Virus record (IMG/VR): IMGVR_UViG_3300021124_000001
DNA from: a virus
Lineage: Duplodnaviria > Caudoviricetes
DNA: 64,000 nt
Reading direction: 5' to 3' (one strand)
Positions 8,891 through 19,576 of this stretch are shown here, piece after piece. Position 1 is the stretch's first letter; each line of letters opens with the position of its first letter. Both the position numbers and the translations under genes were made by a program. The notes beneath the pieces were generated by a model that saw nothing but the letters and a program-made list of their open reading frames with translations, was not told the DNA's origin and searched no databases.

Positions 8891-9925
8891 ATGAGTATTC
8901 TAGATAAAATTAAAAAGAATAGTAGCATTAAAGATTCTGCTATTCTATCCAAATCCAAATTCTTCACAGATAAGGATATGATTCCAACGGCAGTTCCTGC
9001 CATCAACATTGCTCTCTCAGGTAAACTTGATGGTGGTCTAACTCCAGGTCTTACAATGTGGGCCGGTCCATCAAAACACTTTAAGACAGCATTTTCTTTA
9101 TTGATGGCCAAATCTTACCTGGACAAATATGAAGACGCCGCATTACTTTTTTACGACAGCGAATTTGGAACGCCTCAGTCTTACTTTGATAGTTTCGGTA
9201 TCGATACTGATAGAGTTTTACATACTCCTCTCACTGATATTGAACAATTAAAGTTTGATGTGATGAAACAACTGACCGGATTGGAACGTGGTGAACACCT
9301 CATCATTGTCATTGATTCTATCGGTAACTTGGCATCTAAGAAAGAAGTTGAAGATGCTTTATCTGAGAAGTCTGTGGCCGATATGTCACGAGCAAAACAA
9401 GTCAAGAGTTTGTTCCGTATGGTAACACCACACTTGTCGTTGAAAGATATTCCAATGATTGTTGTGAATCACACATACAAAGAAATTGGCATGTTCCCTA
9501 AAGATATTGTTGGTGGCGGTACAGGTTCATATTACTCTGCTGACAACATTTTCATCTTGGGTCGCCAGCAAGAAAAAGAAGGCACCGAGATTGTCGGTTA
9601 CAATTTTATTATCAACGTAGAAAAGTCTCGTTATGTTAAAGAGAAATCTAAAATACCTGTCTCTGTATCTTTTGACGGTGGCATTAGTAAGTGGTCTGGC
9701 TTACTTGACATTGCCCTTGAATCTGGACACGTTATCAAACCATCAAATGGATGGTATTCTAAAGTGGACAAAACTACTGGTGAAGTAGATGAGAAAAAGT
9801 ATCGCATCAAAGATACTGACACCAAAGAGTTTTGGACTTCTATTGTTGAAGATGAAACGTTCCAACAATACGTATCGGACAAGTATGCCATTGCAACTGG
9901 CGCAATCATGCAGGAAGAAGAATGA
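8891..9925 (+). CDS. uvsX: RecA-like recombinase UvsX
   Basis: AGPSKHFKT, YDSEFG, DSIGNLASKKE. Confidence 0.97.
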   Translation: MSILDKIKKNSSIKDSAILSKSKFFTDKDMIPTAVPAINIALSGKLDGGLTPGLTMWAGPSKHFKTAFSLLMAKSYLDKYEDAALLFYDSEFGTPQSYFDSFGIDTDRVLHTPLTDIEQLKFDVMKQLTGLERGEHLIIVIDSIGNLASKKEVEDALSEKSVADMSRAKQVKSLFRMVTPHLSLKDIPMIVVNHTYKEIGMFPKDIVGGGTGSYYSADNIFILGRQQEKEGTEIVGYNFIINVEKSRYVKEKSKIPVSVSFDGGISKWSGLLDIALESGHVIKPSNGWYSKVDKTTGEVDEKKYRIKDTDTKEFWTSIVEDETFQQYVSDKYAIATGAIMQEEE

Positions 9926-10248
9926 TTGAGGGAATCGATTACTGCTTCATCTATCCTAAAGATGATGCAACTATAACCCACATCAAACTACTGAGTGGTA
10001 GATATAAAGATGTGGTGTTCAAATATGGCAAAGTTAAAATAACGGAAGAAGTTGATGGCCCCCATTTACATTTCGCTTATGATGTGTTAGAATCGCCAGA
10101 TATTAAGTCTAAAAAACTTATGACTGATGCCGACTTTAAACAATTTGCAGGTGATATGTTGGTAGAACTGATGACTACCAACCTTGATGAGGATATTATA
10201 GATGAAACTAGAACAGACGATACTGAAGAACCTGATTTACTCAGATGA
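9922..10248 (+). CDS. gp40-like head vertex assembly chaperone
   Basis: Size and T4 synteny between uvsX and 41. Confidence 0.55.
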   Translation: MIEGIDYCFIYPKDDATITHIKLLSGRYKDVVFKYGKVKITEEVDGPHLHFAYDVLESPDIKSKKLMTDADFKQFAGDMLVELMTTNLDEDIIDETRTDDTEEPDLLR

Positions 10249-11593
10249 ATACCTGAGAAAGGTTCTTCCTTTCCTAAAGAGTGAATATTTTACAGATAGA
10301 ACAGAACGGTTGATTTATGATGAGATTAAGTCCTTCACAGAAACTTACAATACTACACCATCAATTGAGGCGATTGAATTGGCCGTCAAAGAAAGGCGTA
10401 ATCTCACAGATGACGAAGTGGAGAAGTCGGAAACTTATCTTAAAGAAATTGAAAGTTCTAACCGAGAAACAACCCAAATTCAGTGGCTCACCGATAAGAC
10501 TGAAAAGTTTTGTCAGGAGAAGGCCATTTACAATGCCGTATTGGGTTCTATTTCAATACTCGATGGCAAAGACAAGACCCATGACAAAGGTCAGATTCCG
10601 AAAATTCTCTCGGATGCTTTAGCCGTAACTTTTGATACCTCAATTGGTCATGATTATTTGGAGAACAGTGATGAACGATATGAATTCTACCACAGAAAAG
10701 AAGAACGAATTCCATTCGATTTGGAGTTCTTCAACAAGATTACTAAAGGTGGCCTTCCAGCTAAAACTCTTAATATTGCTCTCGCTGGCACAGGTGTTGG
10801 TAAATCTCTTTTCATGTGTCATGTGGCTGCTGGTGCAATGTCTCAAGGTCGCAATGTTCTTTATATCACGATGGAGATGGCTGAAGAAAAGATTGCCGAA
10901 CGTATTGATGCAAACTTGCTTAATGTTGCATTGGATGATCTGATGGCCTTGCCAAAGGATATGTACGATAAGAAAGTTGAAAAGGTCAAATCAAAAACAA
11001 CCGGCAAACTAATCATCAAAGAATATCCAACCGCATCGGCTTCAGCTACTCACTTTAGAGCATTATTGAATGAACTCAACCTTAAGAAATCTTTTGTTCC
11101 TGATATTATTTTTATCGACTATCTTAATATCTGCTGTAGTAGTAGAATTAAAACAGGAGGTAACGTTAATTCATACACATATGTCAAATCTATTGCAGAG
11201 GAACTGCGTGGTCTTGCCGTTGAATTTGGAGTACCAATCGTATCCGCAACTCAAACAACCAGAAGCGGATATACCTCTTCTGATCCAGGACTCGAAGATA
11301 CAAGTGAATCTTTTGGTTTGCCAGCAACCGCTGACTTGATGTTTGCACTCATCACAAGTGAAGAATTGGAAGAACTTGGTCAGATTATGGTCAAGCAACT
11401 GAAGAATCGTTATAATGATCCTTCTTATTACAAACGATTCACTATTGGTGTTGACCGTGCAAAGATGAAATTGTATGATGTGGACCAATCCGGTCAAGAT
11501 GGATTATCTGATGCAGGTCAAGATAAACCCATTAACACATTTGGAAACAGAGAAGCACCTAAGAAGAAAGGTTTTGACGGCTTCAAGGTGTGA
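10202..11593 (+). CDS. 41: DnaB-like replicative helicase gp41
   Basis: AGTGVGKS Walker A, EMAEEKIAERIDA, IDYL, SATQTTR. Confidence 0.97.
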   Translation: MKLEQTILKNLIYSDEYLRKVLPFLKSEYFTDRTERLIYDEIKSFTETYNTTPSIEAIELAVKERRNLTDDEVEKSETYLKEIESSNRETTQIQWLTDKTEKFCQEKAIYNAVLGSISILDGKDKTHDKGQIPKILSDALAVTFDTSIGHDYLENSDERYEFYHRKEERIPFDLEFFNKITKGGLPAKTLNIALAGTGVGKSLFMCHVAAGAMSQGRNVLYITMEMAEEKIAERIDANLLNVALDDLMALPKDMYDKKVEKVKSKTTGKLIIKEYPTASASATHFRALLNELNLKKSFVPDIIFIDYLNICCSSRIKTGGNVNSYTYVKSIAEELRGLAVEFGVPIVSATQTTRSGYTSSDPGLEDTSESFGLPATADLMFALITSEELEELGQIMVKQLKNRYNDPSYYKRFTIGVDRAKMKLYDVDQSGQDGLSDAGQDKPINTFGNREAPKKKGFDGFKV

Positions 11594-11627
11594 TAAATAT
11601 CTCCATCAAAGAATGATGGAGATAATA

Positions 11628-12575
11628 ATGGCCTCAAATTTATCTTTTAGGGAATTAAAAAAACCTGGTCGTGAATGGCGTTTAGATAAATTCATAGAAA
11701 TGTATGAAAATCGTGAAGATTTTACCTTAGTCGTTGGAAATAAAAAAGTAAAATTAATTCTTGAAGAAGGTGTTTTAAAACACCTAAAAAGGAAAATTGC
11801 TTGGGACAATATAACATTCTTAACGAATACAGGGAAATATGTTTTTTTAAAAGATTTAGCAAAAACTTCTGAATTTGGCGGACTTGCTGATAAAAAACAA
11901 AGCACAACACATATCGAAGAAAAAGAAATTTTATCAATTAGAAACCAATTGAGTGAGATAAGAAAAAAAACAAAAGAAAGTACTGTTCCCATAAAAATAA
12001 AGAATAAAGTTTATAAGGTATTTGATATACAAAAAACACCAGGAACACCAAAATCAGATTTTCATTTTTTGGATGAGAACGGTGAAGAAATAGTATGGAT
12101 GTCACATAAAGACGGCAATACAGCCAAAGATTTCCAACAATGGGGTGGAATATCAAAAAATGTGCCGCAAGTCAATGCACACAAAGAAACGAAAACATTC
12201 ATTAACCAACTAGAACAGAATTTCCCAGAAGGATTGGAAAGGGGATCGAATGTTGTTAAAGACATGAAGGATCCAGTATTGAAAGGTAAATCTGTGTATG
12301 GTGACGACTTTAAACCGGGTGCACCAAAATACGGAAGAAATAATGTAACTCTATTATTGCAAGGACCTGTAAAGGTTGTAAAAAAAGGTTCTTATTACAC
12401 CTTAGAATCAAACCATACACATGAGAATGGAGATATGCTAAAAGGTGATTATGAGCCAACTTTCACTGCACAATATAGATCGGATCGTGGTGCTCCTGTT
12501 CCAAATTCAAGAGCATCCGTTTGGCCAAAATATGTAGAGAAAAGAAAAGGCACAATAAAGTTACCACCAAAATAA
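11628..12575 (+). CDS. putative PD-(D/E)xK nuclease-like protein
   Basis: GTPKSDF...MSHK motif, AT-rich, ATAAATA late-like promoter upstream. Confidence 0.45.
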   Translation: MASNLSFRELKKPGREWRLDKFIEMYENREDFTLVVGNKKVKLILEEGVLKHLKRKIAWDNITFLTNTGKYVFLKDLAKTSEFGGLADKKQSTTHIEEKEILSIRNQLSEIRKKTKESTVPIKIKNKVYKVFDIQKTPGTPKSDFHFLDENGEEIVWMSHKDGNTAKDFQQWGGISKNVPQVNAHKETKTFINQLEQNFPEGLERGSNVVKDMKDPVLKGKSVYGDDFKPGAPKYGRNNVTLLLQGPVKVVKKGSYYTLESNHTHENGDMLKGDYEPTFTAQYRSDRGAPVPNSRASVWPKYVEKRKGTIKLPPK

Positions 12576-12590
12576 AATTAGGAATTTATT

Positions 12591-13316
12591 ATGAACCCAT
12601 TAGTGACAGTCATTACACCGACTACCGGTGCCCATTATCTCCGTCAAGCTATTCAAAGCGTCAAAGACCAAACATACGACAATATTCAGCATTTAGTTGT
12701 CGTTGACGGAGAACATCCTAGAGCAACTCCTATACTACAGGATTATCCACATCTAGATGTCATTAAACTACCATATTCTACAGGCAAGGATCGTTTTAAC
12801 GGTCACAGAATCTATGGTGCTTCAATTTACCTTGCACGAGGTGAATATGTTTGCTTCTTAGATGAGGACAACTGGTTTGATCCTGAGCATGTAGAATCTT
12901 TGATGAAGGTTATCAACAACAAATTTGCATGGGCTTATTCCTTACGCAAAATTGTTGATTCGGATGGCAAATACGTATGTAATGATGACTGTGAAAGTCT
13001 CGGTAAATGGCCATCAGTACTAAGTGAACAAGATTATTTTGTTGATGTTGGTTGTTTCTTTTTACCAAGAGGTATTGCATTACAAACAAGTCCAATTTGG
13101 TATCGTAAAGCAAGAGAACCAGGTGTTCCTGAAGTGGATAGATACTTGACTGCGGTGTTGAGACAAAATAACTTGACACACCAGACTAATGGCCTATATA
13201 CTCTTAACTATAGAGCCGGCAACACAGGAATATCTGTACAAGCAGATTTCTTTCTTAAAGGTAATGAAGTGATGAAACAAAAATATAATGGAAGTTTGCC
13301 ATGGAAAAAGACCTAA
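12591..13316 (+). CDS. glycosyltransferase family 2
   Basis: VTVITPT, VVVDG, CFLDEDN. Confidence 0.9.
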   Translation: MNPLVTVITPTTGAHYLRQAIQSVKDQTYDNIQHLVVVDGEHPRATPILQDYPHLDVIKLPYSTGKDRFNGHRIYGASIYLARGEYVCFLDEDNWFDPEHVESLMKVINNKFAWAYSLRKIVDSDGKYVCNDDCESLGKWPSVLSEQDYFVDVGCFFLPRGIALQTSPIWYRKAREPGVPEVDRYLTAVLRQNNLTHQTNGLYTLNYRAGNTGISVQADFFLKGNEVMKQKYNGSLPWKKT

Positions 13317-14155
13317 TAATTGGTGCGTTTAAGAACTATAACTTTGAAACAATCAAACCTTGGATTCAATCAATCAATGAATGTGGTTTCAAAGGTGACA
13401 AAGTAATTGTCTCTATTGGTTCTTCAAAAGAGACCAACGATAAAATAGCACAAGCCGGTTTCACCGTAATCAGTGCGCCAAGTCAAGCTCGTATGGGCTT
13501 TCACATGGAGAGATTCTTACACATCTATAACTTCCTTCAAGCACAAGGAATCAATTATCGATATGTAATCACAACTGATGTGCGTGATGTGATCTTTCAA
13601 AAAGACCCAAGTGAATGGATCGAAAAAAACATCGGTGATAACGAGATGATTGCCGTGTCTGAGTCTATCAAAATCAAAAACGAACACTGGAACAGACAAA
13701 ACATCATCAATGCTTTTGGTGGTTACTTCTATGAAGGTGTACAAGACCAAGATGTTTATAATGTAGGAACACTTGCAGGTACATCCACATACATCAAAGA
13801 TTTGTGTGGCATGTTATATCAATTATCTGCTAATCGTCCAGATTGGGTTGCTGACCAAGCCGCATACAACATTCTACTAAACTGGCAACCATACAAAGAC
13901 AAAACCAAATTTGTCGGCCTGTCTGATGGTTGGTCGTGCAACTTACATATCACCCACAAACCCGATGAAAAGGAACATTTCAAGTCTTTCATTCTTCAAC
14001 CTGTTCCGGTGTTTGAAGATGGTGTGGTGCGAGATGGAACAACCGATGAACTTTTCTGTATTGTCCACCAGTATGACCGAGATCCTGTGATGTCGAAATT
14101 CTACAAAGACAAATATAAGGTAGAAGATGTCATCACTTTTAGGACAGACGTATGA
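13301..14155 (+). CDS. putative GT-A-fold glycosyltransferase
   Basis: TTDVRDVIFQ, DQAAYN, IVHQYDR. Confidence 0.65.
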   Translation: MEKDLIIGAFKNYNFETIKPWIQSINECGFKGDKVIVSIGSSKETNDKIAQAGFTVISAPSQARMGFHMERFLHIYNFLQAQGINYRYVITTDVRDVIFQKDPSEWIEKNIGDNEMIAVSESIKIKNEHWNRQNIINAFGGYFYEGVQDQDVYNVGTLAGTSTYIKDLCGMLYQLSANRPDWVADQAAYNILLNWQPYKDKTKFVGLSDGWSCNLHITHKPDEKEHFKSFILQPVPVFEDGVVRDGTTDELFCIVHQYDRDPVMSKFYKDKYKVEDVITFRTDV

Positions 14156-14907
14156 AAATGATTAATGATTTTGATTGGGATTATCTCAGATTTAAATTTG
14201 AGTCTGCCAAACCATTTCACCATGTTGTAATCGATAATTTTTTCAAAGAAGAATTTGCACAGGCCATTGCCCAAGAAATTCCTGGTTATGACGCCGAAGT
14301 GGATGCAAAGTATGACAATGCTATTGAGAAGAAAAGAACAGTACAAAACTGGACCAAATTCTCTAAGAATGTTTACAAAGCAATGTCAGCTTTGGTTGAC
14401 CAAGAATTCACGAGTCTTTTGAGATACATAACTAATCAACCTGATTTGGTTGCAGACTTTGGTCTTCATGGTGGTGGTATGCATTTACATCAATCTGGTG
14501 ACTATTTGAATGTACACTTGGATTATGATGTTCACCCAAAGATGGACATGAAACGTAAATTAAACATCATCATTTATTTGAACCCTGAATGGCAGGCATC
14601 TTGGGGTGGCAACTTAGGTCTTTGGTCGCATGATGAAGAAACGAATCAACCTAAAGAACTAGGATCTTCAATTATTCCAATCTTCAATAGAGCAGTTTTA
14701 TTTGATACGACACAAAACTCTTGGCATGGTGTGACTGAGGGTATCTTTTGTCCTGAAGGCCAGTACAGAAAGAGTCTCGCACTATATTATCTCATTCCAA
14801 CAGAAGACCTAGATAACAAGAGACAGAAAGCATTGTTTGTTCCAAGGAAAGAACAAAAAGGCGATAAAGAAATTGAAAAATTGATTAAGACAAGATCGGG
14901 ATATTGA
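14152..14907 (+). CDS. 2OG-Fe(II) oxygenase
   Basis: PFHHVVIDNF, GGGMH, HLD, WHG, RKS. Confidence 0.9.
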   Translation: MKMINDFDWDYLRFKFESAKPFHHVVIDNFFKEEFAQAIAQEIPGYDAEVDAKYDNAIEKKRTVQNWTKFSKNVYKAMSALVDQEFTSLLRYITNQPDLVADFGLHGGGMHLHQSGDYLNVHLDYDVHPKMDMKRKLNIIIYLNPEWQASWGGNLGLWSHDEETNQPKELGSSIIPIFNRAVLFDTTQNSWHGVTEGIFCPEGQYRKSLALYYLIPTEDLDNKRQKALFVPRKEQKGDKEIEKLIKTRSGY

Positions 14908-14908
14908 T

Positions 14909-15721
14909 ATGGGTAATATTACCATTGTGACTGCATTTTATGACATTGGCCGTGGTGATTGGACACCAGATAAAGGCCTTCCACACTATCTACAAAGAAC
15001 TACAGACACCTACATTGAAAGATTTACACATCTAACTAAACTAGATAATGAAATTGTTGTAGTGACAACGCCAGACATTGGTAAAAGACTAAAAGAAATT
15101 AGTGATAAGGTTAAAATTGTCGAATATGATCCTTTCAATGCCTTTTCAACACACCTCAGTAAAATCATTACTATCCAAGAAGGTGTATCTTACAAACAAA
15201 TGATTCATCCGAGTCAAGTAAGAAACCCCGAATATTGGAGCCAAAAATATGTTTTAGTGAATCTCTTAAAATCACACTTTGTTAATTTGGCAATCAATCA
15301 AGGTTTGGTTACTAACGATTTGGTTGCATGGTTGGACTTTGGTTACTGTAGGGATGAAAATACACTTCCAAAAAGTCTTACTTGGTCTTATGATTTTGAT
15401 GCAACTAAGATTCATTTGTTTGCTTACAAAGATTTGAATCCAAAAATAACACTACAACAAATTATATCCACAAACGATGTTCATATCTTAGGTGCAAAAA
15501 TTGTAGCACATAAGAAACTATGGCCAGTCATGGAAAGTAAGATGTTTAATTCTTTTGATTTGTTGTACATGAACGGACTAATGGATGATGACCAAACTAT
15601 GATGTTGATTTGTGCTACAGAAAATCCTGATCTATTTGAGCAACACAGAATACCGGATCACCAGCTAGGACTTGATCCTTTTGTCATTTTTAAAAACTTC
15701 AATAATGCGGAGAAACTATGA
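14909..15721 (+). CDS. HtrL/YibB (WlaTC)-family glycosyltransferase-like protein
   Basis: TIVTAFYDIGRGDW, WLDFG, DDDQT. Confidence 0.8.
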   Translation: MGNITIVTAFYDIGRGDWTPDKGLPHYLQRTTDTYIERFTHLTKLDNEIVVVTTPDIGKRLKEISDKVKIVEYDPFNAFSTHLSKIITIQEGVSYKQMIHPSQVRNPEYWSQKYVLVNLLKSHFVNLAINQGLVTNDLVAWLDFGYCRDENTLPKSLTWSYDFDATKIHLFAYKDLNPKITLQQIISTNDVHILGAKIVAHKKLWPVMESKMFNSFDLLYMNGLMDDDQTMMLICATENPDLFEQHRIPDHQLGLDPFVIFKNFNNAEKL

Positions 15722-16278
15722 GCGATACTATTACATTTAACACCGCCACGCAACAATTTTACGGCATGAAAAAGAGTTCAGGCCATGGTTTAGGTGAACT
15801 TGTTAAAACTATGAACGAACCTTTTGTTGTTGAAATTGGATGTTCCGAGGGTGACACAACAGAATGGCTACTACAGTGTAATCCAGGTTTGAAGATTGTC
15901 TCTATCGACCCATACGCAAACTATTTGGATTGGAATGGTAACTACCTGAATGATCGTCAAGAGTTTTATGAAAAAACTATGCGCCGGTTGGCTCCTTATG
16001 GTGACCGGTTTGAAATGATTAGAGACTATTCTGATAATGTTCACGGTGAGTTCGAGGACAACTCCCTAGACCTGTTATTCATCGATGGATTACACACATA
16101 TGAACAAGTTCTGATTGACTGTTTTAACTATTATTCCAAGGTTAAGCCTGGAGGCGTATTCTCAGGTCATGATTTCAGAGTTATTCCTGGTGTGAACAAA
16201 GCCGTGAAAGAATTTGCTTCCTCAGTCGGTAAAGAGATTCTGGAAACAGAATGTGATGTCTGGTATTGGTACAAATAA
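15718..16278 (+). CDS. class I SAM methyltransferase (Methyltransf_24-like)
   Basis: VEIG, LFIDGLHTYE, KPGG..GHD. Confidence 0.9.
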   Translation: MSDTITFNTATQQFYGMKKSSGHGLGELVKTMNEPFVVEIGCSEGDTTEWLLQCNPGLKIVSIDPYANYLDWNGNYLNDRQEFYEKTMRRLAPYGDRFEMIRDYSDNVHGEFEDNSLDLLFIDGLHTYEQVLIDCFNYYSKVKPGGVFSGHDFRVIPGVNKAVKEFASSVGKEILETECDVWYWYK

Positions 16279-16937
16279 TGAGCAACTTGTTCATTGTAAC
16301 TTCAGCCATCAATTCCTTTCGAAGTGTCATACCGCTAGACAAAAGATATGAACAAACACTAGAGACTATTGAATCGGTCAGAACTAAAGTTCCTGATTCG
16401 ATCATTTTGCTGGCAGAATCTTCTCCTAATCCTGTTCCAGAAAATATATTACAGGATTTGTCAAAAAAAGTGGATTATTTATTGATAAACTCTAACATTC
16501 CTGATATAATTCAATTAGGTAAACAGGGTTTACAAAGTCCAGCGGAAGCATATAGCCTAGCATTTACACTAGACGTTGTGGAGAATCTCCTACCGGAGGT
16601 TAAAAGAATATTTAAGGTTACAGGTAGAGGTTCTCTGACGGATGATTTTCATATCGAAGATCATGCAATAGAAGGAAAATACGTTTTTAAAAGACGAGTT
16701 GATTCGTGGATATCAAAGGATATTCAACTGGTCGACACTAGAATTTTCTCTTTCTGTGGGTCTCTGATTCCAGAAACCAAGGAAATGATGAGGCGTATCG
16801 TAAATCACAGCTTACAGACTGGCCGAGACTTGGAACATTGTGTTTTTGAGTTAATGGACAAAGAAAAACTGGAAGAACGAGATGTCATGGGTTTCAAATG
16901 CCAAATTTCTTCTACAGGCTTCATGCAATTTGACTGA
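16278..16937 (+). CDS. putative glycosyltransferase-like protein
   Basis: FIVTSAI, FKVTGR motifs; cluster context. Confidence 0.5.
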   Translation: MSNLFIVTSAINSFRSVIPLDKRYEQTLETIESVRTKVPDSIILLAESSPNPVPENILQDLSKKVDYLLINSNIPDIIQLGKQGLQSPAEAYSLAFTLDVVENLLPEVKRIFKVTGRGSLTDDFHIEDHAIEGKYVFKRRVDSWISKDIQLVDTRIFSFCGSLIPETKEMMRRIVNHSLQTGRDLEHCVFELMDKEKLEERDVMGFKCQISSTGFMQFD

Positions 16938-16990
16938 CTATGTATCGGAGCCAAACTTTCCAAACTAAAAAGGTATAAACCGAAAAGTTA

Positions 16991-16998
16991 TATAAATA
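16991..16998 (+). promoter_or_regulatory. T4-type late promoter
   Basis: TATAAATA ahead of the late cluster. Confidence 0.8.
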
Positions 16999-17041
16999 CT
17001 ATCATGGCAATCATAGTGTATTGCAATGTCTAAGGAAAACA

Positions 17042-18226
17042 ATGAAAAGTTTTAAGTCTTTTCTAAAAGAAGATTCTAGCCCACAAGAAGGGGCAAAACT
17101 AAAACATATCCACCACGCTGAGGATCGTCCTCTGTTCCATGGTGCTGCCGGCTTTGAACACGCTAAAGGTGCTCTGATGCAAGCACACAACCACATCAAG
17201 TCTGGTGGAAACAGTTCAGCCCTGACAATGAAATATGATGGTTCTCCTTCTTTAGTATACGGACACCATCCAGAGACTGGCAAATTCTTTGTGGCTTCAA
17301 AGTCTGCATTCAATAAGACACCAAAAATCAATTACACCCATGCAGATATCGAGAAAAATCATGGCCATGCACCAGGTTTAATGGACAAACTACATGCCGC
17401 ATTAAATCACCTACCTAAAGTTGTGCCAAAGACTGGTGTTTACCAGGGTGATATAATGCACTCAAAAGATGATGTGGAACACAAACCAGGCGGAAAAGCA
17501 TCTTTTACACCTAACACTATAACTTACACGGCAAGAGGTGATGAGGCCGATAAGGTTAAAAAATCTAAAATTGGTATCGTAACACACACTCAGTACCATG
17601 GAGATGATGCTTCCTCAATGACTGCGGATCCACATCCAGACTTACATAACTTCAAACAACATCCTGATGTCTGGCAGAAATCTCCAAACCACGACACCCG
17701 AGAACTTCACTATAGTGATGCCGCACAAAGTGAATTTATGAAACACATGAAGGCCGCACAGGATATACACAACAAAAATCCTGAAATGTATGACCACATA
17801 CATCCTCAACATGCTGGAGAAGCAGGCCATTTAGCCACTTATATAAATCACACCGTTCGTACAGGTGAGGAACCTAGCGTTGAAGGATTGAAAAAGCACA
17901 TTGCAGATAAGACAGGCAAAGAAATAGCAAAACTTAAAACACCAGCGGCTAAAGGAAAGAAACAAGCTATTGCTAAAGGCCATTCAGAGTGGATCGACAG
18001 CAACAAAAAGCATTATGCAAATCTGTTAAAGATGCATAGCCATTTACAAAAGGCTAAAAATGTATTGGTTGACACACTACAACAACATGAGGGTGGACTA
18101 GAGCACCACATTGATGGAAAGAGAACTGGTCCTGAAGGCTTTGTTGTCAACCACGCAGGTGAACCAACAAAACTAGTTAATCGTGCCGAGTTTGCTCGTG
18201 CTAACCTATTGAAGGTAAGAAAATGA
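17042..18226 (+). CDS. ligase-like (KxDG) protein with capsid-targeting N-terminus
   Basis: MKSFKSFLKE leader; KYDGSP, YQGD, EGFV, K nucleotidyltransferase-type motifs. Confidence 0.6.
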   Translation: MKSFKSFLKEDSSPQEGAKLKHIHHAEDRPLFHGAAGFEHAKGALMQAHNHIKSGGNSSALTMKYDGSPSLVYGHHPETGKFFVASKSAFNKTPKINYTHADIEKNHGHAPGLMDKLHAALNHLPKVVPKTGVYQGDIMHSKDDVEHKPGGKASFTPNTITYTARGDEADKVKKSKIGIVTHTQYHGDDASSMTADPHPDLHNFKQHPDVWQKSPNHDTRELHYSDAAQSEFMKHMKAAQDIHNKNPEMYDHIHPQHAGEAGHLATYINHTVRTGEEPSVEGLKKHIADKTGKEIAKLKTPAAKGKKQAIAKGHSEWIDSNKKHYANLLKMHSHLQKAKNVLVDTLQQHEGGLEHHIDGKRTGPEGFVVNHAGEPTKLVNRAEFARANLLKVRK

Positions 18227-19575
18227 AAAGATTTTCAGTATACGTTACAGAAAACTTTGGTGATGACCAAGACTTTGGTAGCCAAAAACCATATCATTCA
18301 TACAAAACAGATGATGGCCATAAAATTGATGTGCATGTTATCAATCGTGTTGGTGGTAAATCTGCAATATTTCACAATAAAAATTTAAACGCAGTCACCA
18401 AAGTTGTTCACTGGGGGCTAAACGCAGATGAGCCTAGCAAAGACGATTTACAAAATATAGGTCATGATATCGAGGAAGAACACCAGAGATTGCTGGAGAA
18501 ATTTTCGGCCGGTGAGGATATAACTCCAGATACTGCTGGCAAAATAGCTGAACATTCAACAGCTAAACATCTGATAGATATTATGCACAAGGGTGCTGGT
18601 ACACACGGATCACCAGAACATAAAAAGGATATTCAACCACACGTTGATGCAATCAATAGGTTGTCTCAAGGTATCAAAAAAGAACATATCGACACTAGAA
18701 TAGAACATGGCCGTGCTGCCGCCCAGGCTATACATGAGGCAATTCGTCAGAAGCATGGAGAAGGTGCTATAATTTCTAATATTGGCCACACTTCAAAATC
18801 TGGCGATATTGGAAGATTTACAAAAGGTAAACACAACGACAGTCAAGAGAATCCTTCGGATGTTTCAGTTGAAGTGGCACATTCCCACCACGCTACAGAA
18901 CCTGATGAAAAGCATTATGAGGGTTACTCACTGAAATCTTCCAGTAAATCTAGTGTCATTACAGCTAAAAATCCATCTATCCATATGGATGGAATTTTGG
19001 ATCATCCAAGAAGAAAACTAGACACAGATTCAGTTTCTAGAACGGGTTTGGGTAAAGTACATTCTATGTTAGGTGTTGGTCACTTAAAGCAAGCAGAAAG
19101 AAAAAAATACCTAGATGATTTTCGTAAAAAAGAAGGTGTAAAGTCTGATTCCTCACTTGAAGGTGCAACGAATGAATTGGCTAGACCTGTAAAAACAGAT
19201 GTGGCTAAAGAATTACACGACCATTTGGATTTCTTAACGAAACAAAGCGATGGTCATGAAAAAATTGGTCATATGTTAAAAAAACATTTGACCGCTGATA
19301 CAAGTATGCCTTGGGCTAAAGTGCACGTTAAAGGTGATACACCAAGTAAGGTCCATGCCGCTGTAACATCAGGAAGTGATTCACCACTAAATAAAATATT
19401 CAGTGATCGAAATACAAAATATGCGGCAACTAGAAACGGGGATAGAGTGACGGTACATAAAAAAGAAAAAGATGGTTCAATGACACCAATTGCACATTAT
19501 TCACCTAAAACCAAATCTAATGCCTTTAAAGAAAACGTTCATGGATGGAATGTTATGCCTGCAAAGATCCACTAA
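18223..19575 (+). CDS. His-rich hypothetical protein, possible PD-(D/E)xK nuclease fold
   Basis: MKRFSVYVTE leader; NPSDV...GYSLK. Confidence 0.5.
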   Translation: MKRFSVYVTENFGDDQDFGSQKPYHSYKTDDGHKIDVHVINRVGGKSAIFHNKNLNAVTKVVHWGLNADEPSKDDLQNIGHDIEEEHQRLLEKFSAGEDITPDTAGKIAEHSTAKHLIDIMHKGAGTHGSPEHKKDIQPHVDAINRLSQGIKKEHIDTRIEHGRAAAQAIHEAIRQKHGEGAIISNIGHTSKSGDIGRFTKGKHNDSQENPSDVSVEVAHSHHATEPDEKHYEGYSLKSSSKSSVITAKNPSIHMDGILDHPRRKLDTDSVSRTGLGKVHSMLGVGHLKQAERKKYLDDFRKKEGVKSDSSLEGATNELARPVKTDVAKELHDHLDFLTKQSDGHEKIGHMLKKHLTADTSMPWAKVHVKGDTPSKVHAAVTSGSDSPLNKIFSDRNTKYAATRNGDRVTVHKKEKDGSMTPIAHYSPKTKSNAFKENVHGWNVMPAKIH

Positions 19576-19576
19576 A

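Noticed and set aside
11475-11627. N-terminal extension of the 366-aa ORF
   Set aside because: Overlaps gene 41; RBS and promoter support the start at 11628.
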